Origin: a virus
Virus record (IMG/VR): IMGVR_UViG_3300045988_141072
Coordinates: 91,532-155,531 of that record
Strand: one strand, 5' to 3'
DNA length: 64,000 nt
The position numbers were made by a program, and so were the translations under genes. The notes below the pieces were generated by a model. It did no database searches and was not told where the DNA came from. It worked only from the letters and a program-made list of their open reading frames with translations. Shown here one piece after another: positions 46,335-55,358 of the stretch (position 1 is the first letter of the stretch; each line of letters opens with the position of its first letter).

Positions 46335-47222
46335 ATGTTATTTAAGGAGTATTCAATAGAATGGCTTGATATATTTAAAAGTATGAAATCTTATAACACA
46401 CAGAGGCTGTATAGAAATATAATTGAAAATCATCTTATTCCTGAAATTGGTGAAATGGAAATGAATAATATTTCTATTTCCAATCTTCAGCAAATTATCA
46501 ACAAAAGGATTTCTAATCCAGCTACATGTAAACATATTTTATTGACACTTAAACAAATATTTAAAATAGCGAAAGAAGAAGGGGTTGTTGATAAGAATTT
46601 ATATACTTTTATTCAAGCTCCATACTATGAATCCAATGAAAAAAGAGCATTGACAAAAGAAGAAAAAATAGCAGTTCGAAATATTGATTGTGATTCAATG
46701 AGTAAGGTATTTGTTCATATATTATATGGATGTGGATTAAGAAAAGGAGAAGCATTAGCTTTGACGAAAAATGATATTATAAATAATGAATTGGTTATAG
46801 ATAAATCATTGCATTTTGTCAATGGAAACCCAATATGCGGAAATCCTAAAACACATTCGAGCAATAGAAAAGTACCTATACCTGAATTTTTATTAAAAGA
46901 GCTTACATCATATATGAAAACAATTGATGATAAACTCTTTTTTAATATAGATGGAGAATATTTTAAAGATAGTGAATATACAAAAATGTGGAAATATATA
47001 GTTGGGAAAATAGATAATAACATAAATGTAAATTCAAAATTAACAGCACATATATTTAGACATAATTATGCTACTACTTTGTATTACTCTGACGTGTCAA
47101 TAAAACAAGCTGCAAAACTTATGGGACATTCAAATGTAAATACTATTTTAAAGATATATGCTCATTTGGATTCAGAAAATGAAAAACTTACAGAGAAAAT
47201 TAATAAAATATTTTATATATAA
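46335..47222 (+). CDS. tyrosine recombinase / integrase (second copy in window)
   Basis: 295 aa. GLRKGEAL (Arg box), HIFRHNYATTLY and LMGHSNVNTILKIYAH catalytic boxes. Confidence 0.8.
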   Translation: MLFKEYSIEWLDIFKSMKSYNTQRLYRNIIENHLIPEIGEMEMNNISISNLQQIINKRISNPATCKHILLTLKQIFKIAKEEGVVDKNLYTFIQAPYYESNEKRALTKEEKIAVRNIDCDSMSKVFVHILYGCGLRKGEALALTKNDIINNELVIDKSLHFVNGNPICGNPKTHSSNRKVPIPEFLLKELTSYMKTIDDKLFFNIDGEYFKDSEYTKMWKYIVGKIDNNINVNSKLTAHIFRHNYATTLYYSDVSIKQAAKLMGHSNVNTILKIYAHLDSENEKLTEKINKIFYI

Positions 47223-47236
47223 GGAGGAACTAGAAT

Positions 47237-47533
47237 ATGACTGTTGCTGAAGTAAAAGAATTATATAAGGGAGAATACGTAGATCTAGAGGTCTATAAGC
47301 CTTTAAGTAGAGGACATTATTATCCGAATCATTTTCATGGAGATAATTGTGTAGGACTTAGCGATGGTTCTCCTGAAGGAGATTATACGGAAGATATGGA
47401 AGTTGGTTTATATGAGTTGATGGATCAGGATGAATATAATAATACTTTAATGGCAAATTGCGATATATATGCAGATTTTGACGATTGGTATGACAATAAA
47501 AACGCAAAAGTTCTTTGTATCATGATTAAATAA
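47237..47533 (+). CDS. hypothetical acidic protein
   Basis: 98 aa with AAGGAGG RBS. Confidence 0.5.
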   Translation: MTVAEVKELYKGEYVDLEVYKPLSRGHYYPNHFHGDNCVGLSDGSPEGDYTEDMEVGLYELMDQDEYNNTLMANCDIYADFDDWYDNKNAKVLCIMIK

Positions 47534-47645
47534 ACCAATGAATCGGAAAATTATTTGGACTTAGTGAAAAATGTTTAGAATATTGGTTTGAGTAAGGGAG
47601 ATTGGTTAATTCAGTCTCTTATTTATTTGGAAAGGAAATGAATTT

Positions 47646-47828
47646 ATGAGTAAAGAGAAATTATTACAATTTGCAGATTTACTAGATGAATATAGTGATG
47701 AAATTAAAACTAAAAGAAAAGATAAAAATCAATACGAAACAAAAGAAGAGTATGCCGCACAAATAATGTTTAAACGACATATAGAAACAATTAAAGAAAT
47801 AAGAAGTATTATTTATTATGAATTATAA
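47646..47828 (+). CDS. small hypothetical protein
   Basis: 60 aa with GGAAAGGAAA RBS. Confidence 0.45.
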   Translation: MSKEKLLQFADLLDEYSDEIKTKRKDKNQYETKEEYAAQIMFKRHIETIKEIRSIIYYEL

Positions 47829-47884
47829 AGGAGAGTGATTACGGAAAATTAAAAGCAGAATATGAAATTTAATGTAAAAGTCCT

Positions 47885-47913
47885 TTTTATGGGACAGTAA
47901 TATGTGGTATAAT
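47885..47913 (+). promoter_or_regulatory. extended -10 promoter (TGGTATAAT)
   Basis: TG-N-TATAAT at 47905-47913 with a weak -35. Lies 44 nt upstream of the RBS-supported small membrane ORF. Confidence 0.45.
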
Positions 47914-47956
47914 TTAAATAAAATAAAGAATGAAAAAATAAACGGAGGTATTGATT

Positions 47957-48115
47957 ATGGCACAGACAATCGGAAGTATTATAGCATTTATCATTGTATT
48001 TGGTATTCCTTATTTGATTGGTAAGAAGAATGAAAAAATAGAAGCAGAGAAAAATGCAGATGAATTTATGAAGAAGCATTTTGGTGAAGATTATAAGGAT
48101 AGAATAAACAGATAA
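47957..48115 (+). CDS. small membrane protein
   Basis: 52 aa (not in the track); ACGGAGG RBS; hydrophobic N-terminus IGSIIAFIIVFGIPYLIG. Confidence 0.5.
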   Translation: MAQTIGSIIAFIIVFGIPYLIGKKNEKIEAEKNADEFMKKHFGEDYKDRINR

Positions 48116-48142
48116 CAAACATAGAGAAAGGTGGCTAATTAT

Positions 48143-48904
48143 ATGAGTTTGTTTGGATTGTTTTATACAATTTTTGGAGTAGGTTGTAAAGGTATTAATG
48201 ATATAAGAAATGTAATGGAAGATAATGACCGTAAAACAAGATATAGAGATAGCGAAACGAATACTTATTATGATCATAATATGAATAAAAGAGATTTATC
48301 TAATAATCACATTATGGTAACTGAAAAAGATTGTAATGGTGATGTTTGGCTGAAAGATGCACAAACTGGCAGATATACTCAAAATATTACAGCCGGTAGA
48401 GTTGAACAAAAATATCAAGAAGAAAAAGCAAAAGCATTACGTGGCGAAAGTGACAGAACGCACATTAAATATGGTGATAATGAACATAGAAAAGATGAAT
48501 TTCCTGGTTACAGATATAAAGATTTTAAGACTGGGAAATTATATGTTGAGAGATCTATGATTTTTACCGAAGAACATTATAAAATGTTGCATTTGTGGTC
48601 TGGTTATGGGATTTGTCAACAATCGTTTTCAGTATTATTTGATACTGAAACAAAGAAAATTGTCCGATTAACAGATGGTACAATTGATAGTATGCTAGGT
48701 CAAGGTGCTTTAATAGAAGACATAAATGCATTTTTTTCTAAGTATGTAAAAGAATATTACGAACATATGGCTGAACCATATAGTACATGGTATAAACAAA
48801 AATTATATTATGAAACAACTTTACGTCCATGGGCTGACTCTTTAAAAGACAAATTTATAGAAGAGGGGGAGGCAAGAGTAAGATATAGGAGAGGTAAAAA
48901 ATAA
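48143..48904 (+). CDS. hypothetical protein
   Basis: 253 aa with GAAAGGTGG RBS; very AT-rich accessory segment. Confidence 0.55.
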   Translation: MSLFGLFYTIFGVGCKGINDIRNVMEDNDRKTRYRDSETNTYYDHNMNKRDLSNNHIMVTEKDCNGDVWLKDAQTGRYTQNITAGRVEQKYQEEKAKALRGESDRTHIKYGDNEHRKDEFPGYRYKDFKTGKLYVERSMIFTEEHYKMLHLWSGYGICQQSFSVLFDTETKKIVRLTDGTIDSMLGQGALIEDINAFFSKYVKEYYEHMAEPYSTWYKQKLYYETTLRPWADSLKDKFIEEGEARVRYRRGKK

Positions 48905-48905
48905 T

Positions 48906-49319
48906 ATGGAAGAATGGTATTGTATAATAAGTAACGAGCCACACAAAAAATATTATTGCGATGATTATGAAGATGTACAATCTTGTATTTCACTTGACTC
49001 TATGTTTAAATTTCATATAACGGATTTTCTTAATAATTCAATTCCAAAGGATATAGAATGTCCTGATTATTCTATATATAAAGACGGAAAATTAGTAGAA
49101 GTAGTAACTGGTAAAGAATTAGCGGAGATTTACTTGAAAAAAAATAGTGAAATAATAGTGGATTATATTAATAAAAAAAAGGAAGAAGAATTAAGATATA
49201 AAAAAATAGTAGATGATTTTAATTCTTTAAGTTCAAGTATTGAAGGGGTAAATAATACAATGAAAAATTTAACAGATAGTCTTAATAAATTGAGTGATAT
49301 TTTTGATATAAGAAGGTGA
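48906..49319 (+). CDS. hypothetical protein
   Basis: 137 aa with GGAGAGG RBS; C-terminal coiled-coil-like region. Confidence 0.5.
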   Translation: MEEWYCIISNEPHKKYYCDDYEDVQSCISLDSMFKFHITDFLNNSIPKDIECPDYSIYKDGKLVEVVTGKELAEIYLKKNSEIIVDYINKKKEEELRYKKIVDDFNSLSSSIEGVNNTMKNLTDSLNKLSDIFDIRR

Positions 49320-49324
49320 TAAAA

Positions 49325-50335
49325 ATGAAAGGTAGATTAGAGCATTCATTACAAATTGAAAAAAATATAAAAGAAATATTATCTATATTGCCACAATATG
49401 TAACTGAATATTATTATGAATTTAAATCGGGAAGACAACCAACAGCATGTAGAGAATATATAAGAAAAATAGCAAAATTTTTATATTTTATTGATTTAAG
49501 TAATGTAAAACAAATTAATCCTAAACAAATTACTAAGTTTGATGTTACTCGTTTTTTAGATTCAATAGAATATATAATAGATAATAATGGAAATAAAAAA
49601 CAATCATCATTATCTTATAGGAAATGTTATCATAGTGTATTAAAAAGTTTTTTTGATTTCTTAACAGAGAATGATTATATAACTGAAAATCCTATGAATA
49701 AAATAAAAAGGGTTCGTGGAGAAGATTTTGTTAATAGAAAATTCTTAGATGAAGATGATTTAAAAGAAGTATTATTGGCTGTAGAATGTGGAGCAGGAAA
49801 TAGAAGATCGGTTGCTATGCAATATAAATGGAAATCAAGAGATAGGGCAATTATGATGTTATTTATGCAAACTGGAATTCGTGAAACTGCTTTAAGTGAA
49901 ATAAATATTGAAGATATTGATTTTGAAAATCATGTTATCAAAAGTGTTATTGAAAAAGGACATAAAGATAAAATGTTTACAATGAGTTCTCAATTAGAAA
50001 ATGCAATCTTAGAATGGATATGTGACCGAGAAAAAATAATAGATAAAAATGAAGAAGCATTATTTATTTCTAAATCAAAAACACGTATGACACAAAAATC
50101 ATTATCAAATATTGTTGAAAAATTTACTAAAGAAGCATTAGGATATTCGGTAACACCTCATAAGTTAAGAGCTTCTTTTGCTAATATTATGTTAGAAAAA
50201 ACAAATGAAAATATTTATGTTGTTCAGCAATTATTAGGACACGCAAGAACAGAAACAACTAAAATATATTTAAAGAATAATTTAAATCAGTATAATGATA
50301 TGGCTGCTGACATTATAGCAAAAACAATATTTTAA
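49325..50335 (+). CDS. tyrosine recombinase, XerC/D-like (third copy)
   Basis: 336 aa. GIRETAL, HKLRASFAN and LLGHARTETTKIY boxes. N-terminal SAM-like domain. Confidence 0.8.
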   Translation: MKGRLEHSLQIEKNIKEILSILPQYVTEYYYEFKSGRQPTACREYIRKIAKFLYFIDLSNVKQINPKQITKFDVTRFLDSIEYIIDNNGNKKQSSLSYRKCYHSVLKSFFDFLTENDYITENPMNKIKRVRGEDFVNRKFLDEDDLKEVLLAVECGAGNRRSVAMQYKWKSRDRAIMMLFMQTGIRETALSEINIEDIDFENHVIKSVIEKGHKDKMFTMSSQLENAILEWICDREKIIDKNEEALFISKSKTRMTQKSLSNIVEKFTKEALGYSVTPHKLRASFANIMLEKTNENIYVVQQLLGHARTETTKIYLKNNLNQYNDMAADIIAKTIF

Positions 50336-50353
50336 TAAAGGAGAAAATCAATA

Positions 50354-50893
50354 GTGAATATAAAACAATATATAGTATATAGAAATGATAAAACAAATCA
50401 TCCAATGTTAAAAGAAAAAAGAAAAATTCAATGGGGCTCAAATATTTTAGAATATGAAGATATCGTAGAATTTTTAAACACTGTTTTTTTTATGAATCAT
50501 CTTGAAGAAGAATATGTGTATGTAATATCTTACAATTGTCAAATGATTCCTCAAGGTATTTTTGAATTGTCGCATGGAACTGCTGATACTTCATTAATAG
50601 GTATGAGAGAACTAGGTATTTTTCTTTTATTATCTGGTGCAAATAAATTTATTGTTGTTCATAATCATCCAAATGGAAATACAGAAATTAGTAGTGGGGA
50701 TTTTGAGGTAACGAATAAAATAAGAGAGTTGGCTAATTTATTAGGAGTAGAATTTCGACAACATTTAATAATAGGCAACGATGGTTGGAATAATATCATT
50801 GAAGATTATGAAGATATTAAAGATTTTAAAGAAGATATCAATAATCAAAAGAAAATAGAACAAAAAACAGTATTTGGTTTTCTAATTGAATAG
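50354..50893 (+). CDS. radC: RadC-like JAB-domain protein
   Basis: HNHPNGNTEISSGDFEVT is the JAMM/RadC signature. 179 aa, GTG start after AAAGGAGAAA. Confidence 0.7.
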   Translation: MNIKQYIVYRNDKTNHPMLKEKRKIQWGSNILEYEDIVEFLNTVFFMNHLEEEYVYVISYNCQMIPQGIFELSHGTADTSLIGMRELGIFLLLSGANKFIVVHNHPNGNTEISSGDFEVTNKIRELANLLGVEFRQHLIIGNDGWNNIIEDYEDIKDFKEDINNQKKIEQKTVFGFLIE

Positions 50894-50921
50894 AATTTGA
50901 TATAATTTTGAAGGAGGAATT

Positions 50922-51230
50922 ATGATTAATATTAATGATTACAAAATTGACGAATATAACTATTCTTCTTTTGAAGAACTGGCAGGAGAGTCTAATATTG
51001 AGTTAAAGGATATAAAGAGGTTAGAATTTCCAACTCGACCAATAGGTACGAAGTTGTGCTGCAATACCGGTTATTATATTGCGAAGAAAACAAAGAAAAA
51101 GATATATTTTTATGAATTTATAGAAATTTACGATGTCACAGAGTTTGATTCACACACAATATTATTTCAAGGTGAAAATCAAAATAATCCATTAGAACTA
51201 TATGATACATATAAGGAGTCTAAAAAATAA
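50922..51230 (+). CDS. hypothetical protein
   Basis: 102 aa with GAAGGAGG RBS. Confidence 0.5.
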   Translation: MININDYKIDEYNYSSFEELAGESNIELKDIKRLEFPTRPIGTKLCCNTGYYIAKKTKKKIYFYEFIEIYDVTEFDSHTILFQGENQNNPLELYDTYKESKK

Positions 51231-51278
51231 GGTAGATGTAATTGCAATCTTACTACAATAGAAAGGAGGATTGATAAA

Positions 51279-51686
51279 ATGAAAAACATTAGCGTATCAG
51301 ATTTTAAAGGAGAGTTTTTTTCAGGAGAATGGAATGAAAAAACCTATTCTTCTCAAATATCCGGAAAGGAGAACTTATATAGAATTTATGTTTCAAATGA
51401 ACTAATACACATTACAAGACAAGAACTTGAAAAGATAACATCTGACATTAACAAGAATGACAAAGAGGTGGCAGATAGAATACTAAAAATGGCACTGGAT
51501 TTTTCAGAAGAACAGAAAAAGCAGCTTTTTATAAAAATGGTTACATCAGATGAATTTTTAGCAAAATTTTTTAGAGAATCGGTACACAAGATGCTTAAAG
51601 ATTCCGGACTTAGGAAAAATTCACGTGTAGCAGCTTGCGAAATTCTTAATAACTTTGACATTGATTATGAACCTGATAATTTCTAG
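51279..51686 (+). CDS. hypothetical protein
   Basis: 135 aa with GAAAGGAGG RBS. Confidence 0.5.
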   Translation: MKNISVSDFKGEFFSGEWNEKTYSSQISGKENLYRIYVSNELIHITRQELEKITSDINKNDKEVADRILKMALDFSEEQKKQLFIKMVTSDEFLAKFFRESVHKMLKDSGLRKNSRVAACEILNNFDIDYEPDNF

Positions 51687-51716
51687 TAAATTTGAGATAG
51701 AGAATCAGGAAATAAA

Positions 51717-51869
51717 ATTGATAAATTTGAAACAGTAGAAGAAACAAGGATAACAATTCATGAATACGAAAAGGAAGATAAAGAAAATGGTTACTATGAA
51801 GAAAATTTTTACGAAATTTATGATGAAGAAAATGAAATAATAGTTTCATGTGCAATGGAATTGTCGTAA
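51717..51869 (+). CDS. possible small acidic protein lacking a canonical start
   Basis: Open frame encodes IDKFETVEETRITIHEYEKEDKENGYYEENFYEIYDEENEIIVSCAMELS, compositionally like its neighbours. Only ATT (51717, after AGGAAA) is available as a start. Confidence 0.3.
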   Translation: MDKFETVEETRITIHEYEKEDKENGYYEENFYEIYDEENEIIVSCAMELS

Positions 51870-51919
51870 GGCAGTTCCGTTTCTGATATGATGGAGAATA
51901 TAATATTGAGGTGATATAA

Positions 51920-52117
51920 ATGTATTATATAAAATGTGGAACAGATTATATTTGCAAATGCCCTTATATTGTAAATGGCGAAAACAAAGTCGTTGGAACA
52001 ATTGAAGAAGCGAGAGCATTTAAAACATATTTGGGCGCACAAATAGCATTGGATGTACTAGAGGAAGCTAATGTTTGTAGCAATATAATTAATTGTGAAA
52101 TAGTTGAGGTGATATAG
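51920..52117 (+). CDS. small hypothetical protein
   Basis: 65 aa with GAGGTGA RBS. Confidence 0.5.
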   Translation: MYYIKCGTDYICKCPYIVNGENKVVGTIEEARAFKTYLGAQIALDVLEEANVCSNIINCEIVEVI

Positions 52118-52303
52118 ATGAATAATTTACAAGAAATATGGAATGATTTGGACGAGGCATATGAATATATGGAAAGAGCTATTGAGAAAATGTCATACAT
52201 TCTATTATCAAAAGAATTATATGAAAGAAAAGAGAGATTCGATTTATCAGAAATTTCTAATATGAAGCAGCTTGTAGAAGAGATGATAGAGAATAACATA
52301 TAA
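52118..52303 (+). CDS. small acidic protein
   Basis: 61 aa with GAGGTGA RBS. Confidence 0.5.
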   Translation: MNNLQEIWNDLDEAYEYMERAIEKMSYILLSKELYERKERFDLSEISNMKQLVEEMIENNI

Positions 52304-52336
52304 TGAAACCAAGTTTTCATGTGGAGTGAAAGGAGA

Positions 52337-52681
52337 ATGATGATGGATAATTTGGTACAGAAAATAAATTGGGATGTACAGAAATTAAATGGGGATGTGA
52401 CATTTATAAAAAATCAGTGTATGTTTGTATATGCTGAAGCTGATTTAGTTTCTAATCGAAAAATGCAAGAACCACTACAAAAACTATATCAGTATGAAAA
52501 TCAGCCAGATATGAGAGAAAAGATAAGAGAATATATTAGTGAACTTGATACGGAAATTGGCAGACTTGAAGATTTATTAAAAAATACTGATAGTCCATAT
52601 GATTTACAGATTAAAGGTAGGTTAAATGCAATAATCGAAGTAAAGAATGATTTGCTTGGAAGATTGGAAGAGGTGATATAG
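52337..52681 (+). CDS. hypothetical protein
   Basis: About 113 aa; three consecutive ATGs after GAAAGGAGA. Confidence 0.5.
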   Translation: MMMDNLVQKINWDVQKLNGDVTFIKNQCMFVYAEADLVSNRKMQEPLQKLYQYENQPDMREKIREYISELDTEIGRLEDLLKNTDSPYDLQIKGRLNAIIEVKNDLLGRLEEVI

Positions 52682-52861
52682 ATGAAAATAAGATACGCTA
52701 TTGAAAAAGAAATAGAAGTTCCAGATAATTTAACAGCTATGGATGTTGATAATATTATTTCACAGAAATGTGAAGGAGAGAATGGATTTGATTATCAATG
52801 GATGAGTACAAGTGAAATTAATGAACAGCATTTAACAGGATTGTTTGACGAGATGAATTGA
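52682..52861 (+). CDS. small acidic protein
   Basis: 59 aa (not in the track); GAGGTGA RBS. Confidence 0.45.
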   Translation: MKIRYAIEKEIEVPDNLTAMDVDNIISQKCEGENGFDYQWMSTSEINEQHLTGLFDEMN

Positions 52862-52890
52862 CGATTTTATTGGAAGGAGAAAATAAAAAT

Positions 52891-53136
52891 ATGAAAATTC
52901 AAATTGTAATTGAAGCAGATTTTAATGAGGAAGAATTAGCTAAACTTAAAGATGAAAAAACTGGATTAATTCCAAGTAAGGGGGAATATGCAGGTGGTAT
53001 AACTGTAGGACATGATAACGGAATTGGTATGATTCATGTATATAATCAAAAAGAATATGGGATGAAAAATTTTAATGGAATCGGAGCTGATATCTTATCA
53101 AATGTTCATATAAAAGAAACAAAAATAGTTAAATAA
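52891..53136 (+). CDS. hypothetical protein
   Basis: 81 aa with GGAAGGAGA RBS. Confidence 0.5.
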   Translation: MKIQIVIEADFNEEELAKLKDEKTGLIPSKGEYAGGITVGHDNGIGMIHVYNQKEYGMKNFNGIGADILSNVHIKETKIVK

Positions 53137-53194
53137 GAACCCAAAGAAAAATTGCTTTCTTGTTGAAAGTGAATCATATAGAAATAAAATATTA

Positions 53195-53222
53195 GAAGTA
53201 GAAATCAAACTGCTTCTTTTTT
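53195..53222 (+). terminator. rho-independent terminator
   Basis: GAAGTAG/CTGCTTC stem (1 mismatch) followed by TTTTTT. Confidence 0.5.
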
Positions 53223-53245
53223 ATTGTAGAAAATGAGGTGATAAA

Positions 53246-53518
53246 TTGAGCAGATATAAAAATGGAAATCCTAAAAGGCAATCGAGATTCATTTGTTTGT
53301 CTTGCTTGCAGGAAAATAAGTTAGCACAAGGAATACAAAGGAAATCCCAACGTGAAAAATTTCATATCAAAGATTTGTATTGTCTTTCGTGTGGAAAGAT
53401 TTGTAAGTGTGTGGAAATAAGATTTTGTGATTCTTTTGACGAAGTAATGAACAAAGCAAAAGAAATGAGTAAAACGTATTATTCAATGGAGAATAATAAT
53501 GATAGAAAGGTAGGTTGA
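53246..53518 (+). CDS. zinc-ribbon protein
   Basis: 90 aa, TTG start after GAGGTGA. CLSC..CLSCGKIC. Confidence 0.5.
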   Translation: MSRYKNGNPKRQSRFICLSCLQENKLAQGIQRKSQREKFHIKDLYCLSCGKICKCVEIRFCDSFDEVMNKAKEMSKTYYSMENNNDRKVG

Positions 53519-53522
53519 TCTT

Positions 53523-54263
53523 ATGTTGGCAGTAGATTTTAATAAAATAGGAAATATAGAATCAAAAGTTGTACAATTTCCGATAAACAGGGTTAAAAAA
53601 GTTGATAATATAGGAAAATCAACAAAAATGTGGTGTTTAAAAGATCGTGAAGAAATAATGCGAGTGTATAATATATTTAAAAATAAGGTGGAGAGTGCAA
53701 CATCAATAAAAAAGGAGACAGTAGCAAGAAGAAATTTAACAATGTTTGTATTCGCTATTGATATTGGGTTGCGTGGTGGAGATTTTTGTAACCTTAAATG
53801 GTCTGACATTTTTGATATAAATTGGAATTTTAAAAATAAAGTAGAGTATGTTCCAGAAAAAACAAAAAGAAGTCATAAACATATAGAATTATACTGGAAT
53901 GATGATTCTGTTCAAGCACTCGTTGATTGGTTGAAATGGTGTAATAAAATGGTTAAACCACAGGAACTAAATGATTATATTTTTGCAAGTCAGAAAGGCT
54001 CTAAAATAGGTGAAAAAAGTTGGTATGAAATAATGGAAAAAACAAGGAAGGAAGCTGGTATTCCACAGAAAATTGGAACGCATGGACTTAGAAAAACAAT
54101 GGCTAATCAGTACATTAAAAATTCGGATGATAAAGCACAAGCCCTTGTAGATATATCGACAATGTTTGGTCATTCGGATTTAAGAATAACCGAAAGATAT
54201 GCTTGTCTGGAAGACGAAAGAATTAGAGCGAACAAAAAAAGAACATCATTTATATATGGGTAA
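53523..54263 (+). CDS. short tyrosine recombinase (catalytic domain only; fourth copy)
   Basis: 246 aa. GLRGGD, HGLRKT and FGHSDLRITERYA boxes. No obvious SAM-like N-terminal domain. Confidence 0.7.
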   Translation: MLAVDFNKIGNIESKVVQFPINRVKKVDNIGKSTKMWCLKDREEIMRVYNIFKNKVESATSIKKETVARRNLTMFVFAIDIGLRGGDFCNLKWSDIFDINWNFKNKVEYVPEKTKRSHKHIELYWNDDSVQALVDWLKWCNKMVKPQELNDYIFASQKGSKIGEKSWYEIMEKTRKEAGIPQKIGTHGLRKTMANQYIKNSDDKAQALVDISTMFGHSDLRITERYACLEDERIRANKKRTSFIYG

Positions 54264-54267
54264 TAGT

Positions 54268-54299
54268 AAAAGACGATACTTATTTAGTATCGTCTTTTT
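54268..54299. terminator. bidirectional terminator, 12-bp perfect stem
   Basis: AAAGACGATACT-TATTT-AGTATCGTCTTT between convergent genes. Confidence 0.7.
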
Positions 54300-54516
54300 C
54301 AAAAGTAAACGGTTTTACCATATCATTTGTAAATAAGTCTCCTGGCTTACAATTTAAAGCATCACAAAGTTTATTGATAGTATCGAGTCGAATATTAACA
54401 GTTTCCCCATTGCAGATTTTTCCTATATTATTGGGGGCTATACCTGTTTGTTTGGATAACCAATAAGGCGTTTTATTTTGTTGCTCCAATAGTTCCTTTA
54501 CTTTGAGTTTGTACAT
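54280..54516 (-). CDS. XRE-family helix-turn-helix regulator
   Basis: 78 aa. TPYWLSKQTGIAPNNIGKICNGE..INKLCDALNCKPGDLF is the classic Cro/C1 HTH. Confidence 0.75.
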   Translation of the reverse strand: MYKLKVKELLEQQNKTPYWLSKQTGIAPNNIGKICNGETVNIRLDTINKLCDALNCKPGDLFTNDMVKPFTFEKDDTK

Positions 54517-54584
54517 TTTAAATCTCCTTATATATTATTTACATATATAATACAAAAAAATAATGTATTTTTCAATAATATATG

Positions 54585-54613
54585 TTGACATATAATATAA
54601 AAAGATATATAAT
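54585..54613 (+). promoter_or_regulatory. consensus sigma-70-type promoter for mazF
   Basis: TTGACA (54585-54590), 17 nt, TATAAT (54608-54613). Confidence 0.65.
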
Positions 54614-54654
54614 GTGGAATATAGAAACAGACAAATAAGAAAGGAGGATGTGAA

Positions 54655-55020
54655 ATGAAAGGCAATTATAAAAGATTCGATATAGTGCTTGTTGATTTTG
54701 GAAAAGTACAATTCGCCGGAGAGCAAGGTGGAAAGCGACCAGCAATTATTTTGCAAAACGATGTTGGAAATTATTTTAGTGGAACGACATTAGTAGCACC
54801 ATTAACATCTAAAATTAAACACTTAGATCAACCGACACATCTTCTTTTCGAAAAAGATGTAGAAAAAGGCTTGAAAGTTAATAGTATGGTACTTGGAGAA
54901 TGTTTAAGACAAGTTTCAGAAGAGAGAATAATTAAGAAATTAGGGTACATATCTTCAATAGAAGATAAAAGAAATATAAAAAGAGTATACTATGCTAATT
55001 TTGGAGATTTGGAGGAATAA
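54655..55020 (+). CDS. mazF: MazF/PemK-family endoribonuclease toxin
   Basis: 121 aa. FDIVLVDFG..GGKRPAIILQND..LVAPLTSK..LKVNSMVLGECLRQVS follows the PemK fold pattern. Confidence 0.8.
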   Translation: MKGNYKRFDIVLVDFGKVQFAGEQGGKRPAIILQNDVGNYFSGTTLVAPLTSKIKHLDQPTHLLFEKDVEKGLKVNSMVLGECLRQVSEERIIKKLGYISSIEDKRNIKRVYYANFGDLEE

Positions 55021-55025
55021 TAATT

Positions 55026-55307
55026 ATGGATTATGTAGCAATGACACTCGAAGAAGCAAAAAAAGTTGTTAAAAAGGACGCAATCGTTCTTGTATCTAGA
55101 CAATATCTTGAACAGGAAGATTGCAATATTGGTTTCACTAAAAAAAAATTCTGTGAATGTTCAGAATTGTTACAGGAAGCAGAGACAATTGCAAAGGTTT
55201 GTGATGATTTTGCTGCACAGTTGAGATGTTTTACAACAAGACAGGTCGATCCGGTTAATTACAAGCCAGTTGGAACATTGAATACGATACTTTTTCGGTC
55301 AAATTAA
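55026..55307 (+). CDS. hypothetical protein downstream of mazF (antitoxin candidate by position only)
   Basis: 93 aa with GGAGGAA RBS, 5 nt after the mazF stop. Confidence 0.45.
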   Translation: MDYVAMTLEEAKKVVKKDAIVLVSRQYLEQEDCNIGFTKKKFCECSELLQEAETIAKVCDDFAAQLRCFTTRQVDPVNYKPVGTLNTILFRSN

Positions 55308-55358
55308 ATGAACAAGTCCTTATTATTGGACTTGTAAAATAAAAGGTAAAATTTACCA

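Noticed and set aside
47849-48277. 142-aa minus-strand ORF rich in I/F/Y/L/C
   Set aside because: It overlaps a plus-strand promoter and two RBS-supported plus-strand ORFs. It has low-complexity composition from AT-rich DNA and no RBS.
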